From Octopus vulgaris (lineage: Eukaryota): a DNA stretch of 64,000 nucleotides. The notes below the pieces were generated by a model that worked only from the letters and a program-made list of their open reading frames with translations, searched no databases and was not told the DNA's origin. Shown piece by piece: positions 54,350 through 64,000 of the stretch (its first letter is position 1; each line of letters begins with the position of its first letter). The position numbers and the translations under genes are program-made. The DNA lies in contig OX597818.1 in NCBI GenBank assembly GCA_951406725.2, forward strand, positions 16,616,001 through 16,680,000, in the 5' to 3' direction.

Positions 54350-55500
54350 TATGTAATCAGTCTTGAATATTAGTTTTATCAACTAATATAAATCTAGCTT
54401 TCTACACCTTTTCTGTATAGGTCAGTGTGGGTTGAAGCCATTTCGTCTTTTATCCTCGTTGTTTGTTTTAACTTCATTTAGGCACAGGTTATTCCTATCT
54501 CCATGGACACATACATGTATGTTTAACCTTTTCCCAGGCATATTTTTGTTTGCATAATGTAATTTTTCCGGAGTTCTTTGACAGACTGATGGTTTATATC
54601 ACTGGTTTGCATCATCAATTTCTGTAGTTAACCGATTTAGTTTTCAGATAATATTCTTTGAGAATGGAGCAAAAGAAACTCCCTGATCTACGGGCTGCTT
54701 TGGACTGAAGTTGTGTTTGGCCGAATAACTGTCCAAAGGCAGCATTGCCTTAGGCTCGAAATTATTCTTCTCACAGAAACATTTGACAGTAGGGCAGAAA
54801 TTATATTCAACGAAAGATTCAGTGAAAAGGTCTTGTGTAATCCAAACTCTTTAGTTAGATTTTCATATAATACACTACATTTGTAGACGCCATTTCTTGG
54901 TCTTTGAATAACAGTATGATAAACGAGCAATGGCTTACGTTTCAAGCCTCCAGAGGCATTTGTTCCTAATTATAACATAAGGCAATATGTTAGTGACTTT
55001 TTTTGTCATTTGAGATAAAAGTTTTTGAGGGAAAACATTTTTAAAATAGCCTACATTCATCTACACGATGTTGGATTATTTCTCCCTTTTCAATTTGTTT
55101 TTTGGGGTGTGTGTGTCTGTACACAGACGTACATTGGTTTATGTCAGATGACTGCAGCGTTCTCACCTGAAGCTCACAGTTGAGTGAAACTCGAGTCGCA
55201 TGACCAACTTTCTTTCAGTTTCAATTTACTCCTCCTCCTACTACTACTCAAATCAAGGTCGTTATTTTCTGCAAAGTCAGAAAAATTAGTGTACTGGCGT
55301 ATTGTATTCCTCGTTGAAGGATGGACATTCTCAGTATTCCTCCTGTCAGTTGTCTGAACACTTTTGCTATTTTAGTTATATATTATCCATGAATTCTTCT
55401 TCGTTGTTTCCCTAGTTTCCAAATCTTGTACAAACTTTTGTGTAATGCAATAAACCCTATCGGTAGCAGAAGAGTCACCGATCTAGAACAGTAGTACCTC
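54350..55500 (-). mobile_element. Very old pogo/Tigger (DDE_1) transposase relic; boundaries uncertain
   Basis: Minus strand NASGGLKRKPLLVYH, FCPTVKCFCEKNNFEPKAMLPLD and VDQGV appear in the order of Tigger motifs NASG..KLKPLL.YH, LLLLDN and MDQGVI. Confidence 0.6.
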
Positions 55501-56419
55501 AGAGAACTTGTTTTGAGGCCTTTACTCATAGCAATCCTGGGACATAAAATTGGTTATTAGCTCAGCCACCCTCTTTATTTCTGCTGGTGGTACCATGTTA
55601 CAGATACCCAAGACCTACAGTTTGACTGATGAAAACGACATAGTTTTTTTCTTTTTTAGCTGTAAGTCTTTTTTTAGGAATTTTACTACGGGTTTCCTTC
55701 TACAACACATGGCCTATATGCACAGGATTACGATGTGCTGCAGTCCCAGTGTCGCAATCTGTACCAAATTTGGGTAATTATAAAGAATATCTAAAATAGC
55801 AGCAATGTCTTGATGTTTGGCAGCGGAGATTTTAAGACCATTCGGCAAAAGCGCATCTGAAGTTCCGCTTTACCTCTTCTCATGCTGCATATGGTTTATA
55901 TGATCCTAACTATAGTTTACCGATGATAATAATAATAATAATGATGATGATGATTGCATGCACCAGCTGAACTGTTGGAAGAACTGGGAAAACTGAAGAC
56001 TGTTTTATGGAATATAGAAGCGAGACATGCAATAATCTGCAACTGAAACTAATCGCTGCCAAACAATGCTCATTGAAAGCTGTGCAAGTATGTCAGAGCT
56101 GGTTTGTTACAGTATAATGCTGAAAGCTCTATCGTATGTATGTATGTATGTATGTATTTGGTACTAGGTGTTTGTTTGTTTTAGCCCAGGTTTCACAAGG
56201 ATCACAGACGTTCCATATTCTCTTTTTCTCTCCAAGACCGATAGATGTTAGCAATTGCGAACATGAGTTGCACGTTCTACTTTTGCACAATTCTTGAGCA
56301 GGAGCCACAACAGATGAGGACAGCAAACAACATCCAGACTCCATTGTTCGTTCTGTCACACTTAGTGGGGTTCGGTTCGTTTCTCAGCCTTAGCCTTTAC
56401 AACACAACAGTTAAAAAGC

Positions 56420-56565
56420 AGCTGTAGTGACAGCAGCAGCAGCAGTAGTAGTAGTAGTACTAGCAGCAACAGCACCTGTAGTAGTAATAGTAGCAGCAGC
56501 AGCCACTGTGGTTCAGCATCAGCTGTAATAGTAGTAGTAGTGGTGGAGGTGGCGGTGCTACTGCT
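56420..56565. repeat. Mixed (CAG)n/(TAG)n low-complexity tract
   Basis: Directly visible in the sequence. Confidence 0.8.
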
Positions 56566-56885
56566 AGGTCGATGGATTAAAAATAAAAAGAGGAAAGGAA
56601 AATGGTTTCTCTCGATGCTGCTGTGTTACTATCACAGTCAGTCTAAATCCATTTTATTTATTTGTCGAAGTATCTGGAACCACTCGGATGCACACGCACT
56701 TGTATACGCATTCATTGATATCCAGATCACGGGATCTTCTTTTGTCGGGATAAATAAGCTTTAACTAAGCGTAGGATTTTATTAACTTGTATAGCTTACA
56801 CACACACACACACACTGAGTCGTGACGAAACTGGTGAATAACGACGATATAAAATCCCATCCTTTTTTTTTTTTTTTTGTTATAT

Positions 56886-57060
56886 TCTTTTCTACTCTAG
56901 GCACAAGGCCCGAAATTTGAGGAGAGGGGCCAGTCGATTAGATCGACTCCAGTGTACAACTGGTACTTAATTTATCGACCCCGAAAAGATGAAAGGCGAA
57001 GTCGACCTCGGCGGAGTTTGAACTCAGAGCGTAAAGACAGACGAAATACTGCTAAGGATT
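56886..57060 (-). mobile_element. SINE family B
   Basis: CTGGTACTTAATTTATCGACCCCGAAAAGATGAAAGGCGAAGTCGACCTCGGCGG. Confidence 0.9.
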
Positions 57061-59109
57061 TCCTCGTGTTTCTGTGTGCGTGGATCTATTTATCAATCTG
57101 CCTGTCGTTAGATAGATAAATGTTTATCGTTAGAAAGTTGTGGCGAAACTCAGAGTAACGACTGTAAAATTTTTCTTTTTGATTGTTATTCCTTATACCA
57201 CATTATTTATTTTTACTCTTCCTCTCCTTTCATATAAGACTCTGTGTGTACGTGCGCACACAAATGCTGAAGTTCAGCTCAGCTCGCATGTTCTGCAAAC
57301 TGACGCTTATATATATATATTAACTATTTACACATGGCTGATGGATTCTAGTTGGGATAAGGATTATGGACAAGGTTTTGTTTATTCACTTATTTAGGTA
57401 TCTTCCTTTCTCTCTCTCATGTCTACTCAGAAATGTCGCCTTTCTATCAGGTTATATTTATTTTGTTATTTAGAATTTTTTTTACTCTTATTTATGTGAC
57501 ACTCTTCTTATCCAATAATATTGTCACCAATGGTAGTGACATGCTAACAAGAGTGTCTCAACGTGGTCTGTCGACTTGTTAGAAACAGCAGTCAAATCTC
57601 TTTCTAATAACACCCTATCGCCCCGAAGAAGATAACTCGTTGGATAATATGATTCTAAGTTCCCTAAACATAAGAAGAAAAAAAACGAGATAGTCGCAGC
57701 TGGAATACTTTTGATTGTAGGTTTGCTCAATCATGGTTGACCTGGTGCTAAATAAGACGACGTACAATGCATGAAGGAGCCTCTACAAGGTCGCTCGACT
57801 TGCTAAAAGCAGCAGCCAGAGGCAAAACACTTTCAAATCATATCCTATTCTCTTTTAAAAATAAAAGGAGCATATTGGATACATGCTTAAAAAAAACGGA
57901 ATGGTCATGGCTGGGACGTTTTTGTTCACATGTCTTGCTTCATCAGATGTGACATGGAGTCTAAACAACAACAGCAACAACAAAATAACTTAGGCTCATT
58001 GTTTAGCTTCGGGCCAGTTAGTTCAGATCAAAAAGATTTCCACCAAGAACGATATTATCAAATATGTTCGTGTTCCCTCCATCCCCAAATCATTGAGGGT
58101 ATGTTCAAGAAAATTTGGTTGCTAATTCTAGCTTGTCGCGCGGACACAGAAATTCTCCCGGGTAGGTGTTATATAGTGGTGGTGATGGTAGTGTTGATGT
58201 GATGTCAACTAAAATGTCATGCATTGAGATGGAGGGAGATAATCACACGCTCTCTTCTTTCCTCTGCTACTCTCTGTTCTTTCTGTGTCTTTCCTTTTCT
58301 CTTCTTTAATGATTGATCTCTTTCCTCTCTCGATTTTTTATTATTATCATTCTTATCGATGTTCGATCAAACAGATTGAAGGCAAATCGTTTATCAGGGT
58401 AGTCAACATTTGTAATGATTTCTCCTTCACTCTCTTCGGTGTATCTATGATAATGAGATGGAGCGAACACATCTCTCCCACACGCAGTATGTATCGTCCC
58501 TTTCCCCCACTACTTCTCTCTGTATGTGTGTATATATATTTATACATACATGCGCGCGCACACATGTAAGAAAATGAGATGCCAAAGGAATAAACATTCA
58601 TCTTATGAACTTCATTAGCTTACAGCTGTTTCTGCTCTAAGATGCTGTGAACTCATAGTTGAGTGCCCGAGTAACACCTTTTATGTAAGGCCTTAAGATT
58701 TAAAGATTAAAAAAGAAAAGGTAGCAAAAACGACTGCGCAAACGATGAGGATGTTTATTTTTACTGATAGCTTTACAATTTTGCCAGCAAACTTTCAAAA
58801 CTCCAGTTGTGTATAGGGAGAAAAAACTAAAAGGAAAAAAAAAACTATATGTATAGAAGAGATATTTATCTATCTGTATCACAAACAGTGTTTGCATATA
58901 GCACCACCATATATATATATATATCCACTGGCATGTAGAAGAAAGCTGTGAAATGACAAGTTACGTGTGCATGACTACGCCATAAATCCGACAGCTATCT
59001 TAGTTTTTAAGGAAACGATAGATTCTTAGGCATTTTCTCTTCCGGCTGATTGAGACGACTGACAGTTCTCGTGTGCGTATTTCTAGTGTTAAAGATTATT
59101 ATTATTATA

Positions 59110-59545
59110 TTGGGGTCGATGTAATTGTCTAGTCATCTCCCCCAAAATTTCAGGCCTTGTGATTTTAGTAGAAAAGATTATTATTATTACTGGCGAGCTG
59201 GCAGAATCGTGAGCGCACCCGATCAAAATGCTTAGCGGCATTTCGTCTGTCTTTACGTTCTGCATTCAAATCTTTACCATTCATCCTTCCGGGGTCGATA
59301 AAATAAGTACCAGATAAACTCTGGGCTCGATGTAATCAACTTAACCACACCCCAAAATTACTGGCCCTGTGCCAAAATTTTAAACCATTATTATTATTAT
59401 TATTATTATTTAGTAGAGGCTCAGCTTTGCTTTTCACCTTCTCGGTATCGATAAAATAAAGTATCAGTGAAATAATACTGGATCGATATAATTGACTATT
59501 TTCTCGGCCAACTCAAATTTCTGGTCTTGTGTCTATGTTAGAAAT
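59110..59545 (+). mobile_element. Three SINE family B copies or fragments separated by (TTA)n tails
   Basis: GGCGAGCTGGCAGAATCG head, TCATCCTTCCGGGGTCGATAAAATAAGTACCAG, and TTA tails. Confidence 0.82.
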
Positions 59546-62500
59546 AATTTTTCTGCGTTACTTTACCCAATAAAGAATAACGGTTTCAAACATCGGTACA
59601 AGAAAGAAAATAATAATAATAATAATTCAGGAGTCGTATAGTCGATTAATTGACATCACTGTGTATTTTTATTTTATTAGTCCCTGGGGCGCAATTAAAA
59701 TATCGTTACGTATTTTATGTAATAATGTCTGAAACCTGCATATAACATACCAGCAACATTATAGAATAATATATATATATATATAGTTGTCACTCATTGA
59801 ATGTATACTGTTTCAGTGACTGAATCTTTCTTCTCCATCCTCCTTACCGATGCTATCAGGTTGATTAATGATAGTGACAGTCACATCAATTCATCTTGTA
59901 ATAATTACATCCGGGATTGTTTGATTAATATTCTTAGCAAAATTAAACCGTTCATTTGTTTGCCGATTTCTGATCGAAATAGTCATGGAGCGAAGAGATG
60001 GACGACAAATGTATAAGACAACTGGTATTTCTTTTGTAGAGGTGGTTATGGTAGTAGTGGCGATGTAGTAGTAGTTGTAAAGATGATAATTGTGTGATAA
60101 TATGGCCACTGTCTTCACTCTGTAGTAAAATATATAGTAACCAACCCTTATCAATAGATAAGGGTTGCAGCGGAAGGAGGAGGAACAGTGAAGAATGGAA
60201 GGGAATGAAGTAATATGTACATTTGTGTGTGTATATGATGGTTGTAGATATTGTAGTAATTTGAGAAGAGAGAGAAAGAGAGAGAGCTAGCTTGTGTCTG
60301 TTTTGGAGAGAGAGAGGCAGCAGAGTGGATAAAATATCGAACTAGGTAGGTAGATCGGTAGGTAGGTGGGTACGGAAATAGAGTAGGAAAAGAGAGAATG
60401 GAAGACGGAAATGGTTGGGAGGGAGACAGACAGAGAGAGGATGCGTCTGTGTTGAGTGAAATGATAGACTTATCCTTACAATAAGATTGTAAGAGAGAAA
60501 CAATAATGTTCCAAGCATCGTCGTTCGTAATTGAACAATTACAAATGAGTAAATTGATAAAATGTATTCTCCCTCCCTCCCTCTCTCTCTCGCTTCAAGG
60601 TGCTCCTTCTTTCTCTCGTATAAAATATCTCATTTATTCTTCATTTTATTTTAGTGTTGCCATTGAAGTTTCCATGGATGTACTTCTTGCTTCAGAATGT
60701 TTCTTTTTTTTTTCTCTCTCTCTCTTTTGCGCTTCTCGCCTCCTCTCTTCTAATCACCCTTTCCTTCTAGATTCTTTAATATATCGATGTCACTGTTTAT
60801 CATCATCTCTAATTCTCTATTCTTCCTCTCCTTCTATAACATGCATTTCTCTATCATCGTCTCACTCTTCCCTCTGTCTCGCTTTTCCTCCACCTTAACC
60901 TACCTACCTTGCTATCGTCCTGTCTGAAGAAATTTCATTGTGGCCCCCCACTTCCTCTCTTTCAAACATTTATATATTCTAGTAGAAGCTGCTGTATTCT
61001 TTATATGTCTTCAATGAGAGAATGAATATTAGAGGTGTTTTGCGTTTATCATGCATGATGTATCTGTGTGTAGTTTTACATTTTTAACGTATGTTTTTGC
61101 GAATATGTGCGTGCAGTTTGGTGTTTTTAGCGTAGAATATCTGTGCGTGGGAGTGCGTGTATTTAGCGTATTTAATATGAGTGGGTTGTATACAGTGTGG
61201 AGTGTGTTTGTGGCAAATCGCACTTTGTATCTGACGTGATTTGTGTATCTGTATGCATATTGTGTAGTTAACGCTTACATACTATGTGCACATGAGGACG
61301 TGTATATAGTAGTCATTGTTGCTAATCGAGCAGATCTACGTTCAAAAGCGTTCCCACCATGGGCATCCTTTATATTTTTATTCCCCTCCTCCTCATCATG
61401 AGCCAGGACCGATTGTAATGTCTTATAAAACAAAACTGCTCATCCCTTCAATTATTGCAGGAAAAAGGAGAGGGAGAAGGTTGTTGAGGTGGGAGTCTGT
61501 TGGGCTTCGATATATAAATAAATAAAACGGAACGTCCTTGTCTTCCTGTTCCTGGTAAATTTTCTAATCGAACCACGTTACATTGGTGCATTCTGTTCTC
61601 TATTGATCTACTCTTGTCTCTTATGTTATCGCCCCCATGCATATGCGAGTGTGTATCTACACTAGTACACATTTTCTAATAAGCATCTTTTATTTATCTG
61701 TTGACACAGGTGAATACATAGGTATCGTCCTTCGTTTCCTTGTCTCTCTATCTGTACGTTTGTGTCCACATGACTATCTCTGTATGTTTACATGTCTACC
61801 TAATTAACATAAATCTGTTTATCAGTCTCTATATCAAGGTTATTTATAATGATCATTCATACTATCATAACTATAAAGGTTTACGAAATGTCTTGCCGTG
61901 TACCAGCGAGCTGTTGAAAATAGATGACTGGGAATATTACCTGTAGAAATTCAAGTTTCTATATAAAAGCTCATTGTGTGTGTGTATGGATGTGTCTTCA
62001 TTTACATTTATTTCTAGAAAATATGTCAAACTTTAGTGACCTCTAATGAGGGCCTTTGTAAGAATTGTATCTGAAAGGAATTTTTGCAATATAGGTGAGT
62101 TTCAATGCTCTCACTAGAAACCAATACAGATTGTAAACTTCACTTTGCTATGAATTTAATTAACGTTTATGAAAATTATCGTGGTTATCATATTAAGTAA
62201 ATACGCACTTACACTATATATTAGTGTTTTAGTGGTTGTGGCAGCGATACAAAATAAATTCCTGGACATGTGTGGTGCTAATATTTTATAGTTTACTGTC
62301 TCAAACTTCAGAATGGCTATCAATTAAGTGGGTGGTTAAGTTAGCATCCAGTTTTACTGAGAGCTGGTTCAGTTTTATTCTGGTTGTGTAAAGACAGACA
62401 AATGTTTGTAAACACATCTGGTGAGAATGTGATTTAAGCTGGAAAAGACAAAAGAGGCAGAACACACATATGCACGCTCACACATTCTCATTCACTTTTT

Positions 62501-62705
62501 ATGGCATGTGTAAAGAAGTTCGTTTTCCTTAACCATCATGGTTAAGGAACATGGACTATGGATACAGAAAGCCTGGCAGAAAATGGCTTTAAAAAAAAAA
62601 AAATAACACCCGTTTGATGTGCCGTGTAGACCTGAGCAAATTTAGTTGTAAAAGTAGATGTGTATTAAAGGTATTAGGGAATATATATATATATATATAT
62701 ATATA

Positions 62706-63069
62706 CTAGCACTATGACCCGGCAACGCCAGGTCATAGTGCTAGTGCTTGCATATACAGCTGCGTGCGTGCGCACATACACGCGAGTACTGTCCAAATCT
62801 CCAACCAATCACATACAGCTAGCTGGCATTCAATTGGCGTATCAAGTTTCGGGCATTTGGATTGGGTTTTGGATAGAAAATTCACAAAAAAGTCACTTCT
62901 ATTGATTTTTTAATGGCTTTGTGGGGTGACTGGGGAAATGTAAAGATGTGCACGACCACCCTTGGACGGTTTTGAATGACCATAGAAAGTGCAAACCCTC
63001 TAACTGAAAAATTGTTGATTTGTATAAAGGACACACACACAGACATTTTGCTGTTTATATATATAGAGA
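62706..63069 (-). mobile_element. Complete non-autonomous Helitron (364 bp)
   Basis: Minus strand: A|TCTCTATATATATAAACAGCAAAATGTCTG ... hairpin CCTGGCGTTGCCGGG - TCATAGTG - CTAG|T. Confidence 0.88.
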
Positions 63070-63134
63070 TATATAATGTATGTATGTAATTTTAGACATG
63101 TAATATTTATGGATTTGTGTGTGTGTGAAAGAGG

Positions 63135-63174
<40 letters not shown>

Positions 63175-63627
63175 TTAAATCATTTGGGAGTGTCACATGT
63201 GATAGATCTGCATCCAGTCCATTTGGAAATGATCAGTCATCTACTTAATCACATCAAACTAGAGCTAATAACCCTTCGAAATCACTTGGAGAATTTAGGT
63301 AATATTTATTAGTATTAGCTTCCAGAACTAACTTTCACTATCAACTTCACTATGAATGACTCATATTTATATCTCTTCACTTGTTTTAAGTCCATTTTCC
63401 CCCCCATGTATTTGGCAAATACATCCCTGATGTATTGTTTTGCAGTCCTTTTTGTTGTTAACTCTTATCAGTTTTCAAGTAAGGGATCTCTTATTTCTGA
63501 TTTCTATAGTTCGTTCTAAGTTTAGAGGAACAATACTAATATCCTGTACAACTGATAAGGTTGTGGTTTCTCTCAGTTCAATGTATGATTGCTGTCATAG
63601 CCATCCAGCAATGGCATTCTTTGCAAG

Positions 63628-63825
63628 AATACCAGGCATGCAATGCATACTCTAGATATATAAATGCATGCCTAAAATATATGAATGCATGCAATGTTAA
63701 AGATAGACAGCTGAGTGCAATATATCTTAAGATACATGAGCGCATGCAAATGTATGCACAAGGCATGCAAATTTATGCAATGTATGTGTAAGGCATGCAA
63801 TGTATGTCTAAGGCATACAAATTCA
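63628..63825. repeat. Degenerate GCATGCAA minisatellite
   Basis: AGGCATGCAA and ATGCATGC units recur every ~20-30 bp. Confidence 0.7.
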
Positions 63826-64000
63826 TGCACATAAGTCCGATTTTAATATCTTCCATTTGTATGTGAGCGAGCTGAAACGAGGGTAGATATGTATGTACAT
63901 TCTATTTTAATTTTGTGGTTTTGGTATTTTTATTTTATTTTTAATTATATTCTCATGATTAAGTACCAGGAGTTGTGAGGTACATTATTCTAAGGTTTAG

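Noticed and set aside
54068-54382. 104-aa ORF as a host gene
   Set aside because: No recognisable motif; it adjoins the decayed Tigger relic and is probably part of it or a chance ORF.

Overview
This is AT-rich, microsatellite-dense eukaryotic DNA made mostly of nested transposable elements. The SINE families, Dong/R4 LINEs and Penelope-like elements point to an octopus or other coleoid cephalopod genome (inference). No intact host protein-coding gene can be read. Recognisable elements are: two Penelope-like element (PLE) fragments, a near-complete but disrupted Dong/R4 RLE-type LINE followed by a second truncated one in a (TAA)n array, two Helitron Rep relics plus non-autonomous Helitrons, two mariners, Tc1 and pogo/Tigger relics, piggyBac- and hAT-type MITEs, and many tRNA-derived SINEs. 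The most notable signal is a cluster of at least six minimal type-I hammerhead-ribozyme-like motifs between 7.6 and 19.2 kb. Two sit in ~545-bp non-coding, terminally redundant units that look like retrozymes or solo PLE pLTRs, one carries a compensatory U3-A8 core, and two share a core with an extra nucleotide. A candidate ETS/YY1 promoter with splice donors lies at ~40.7 kb, followed by a CpG-depleted domain (~45-51.6 kb) that suggests a methylated gene body. Coordinates were read by eye and element boundaries are approximate.
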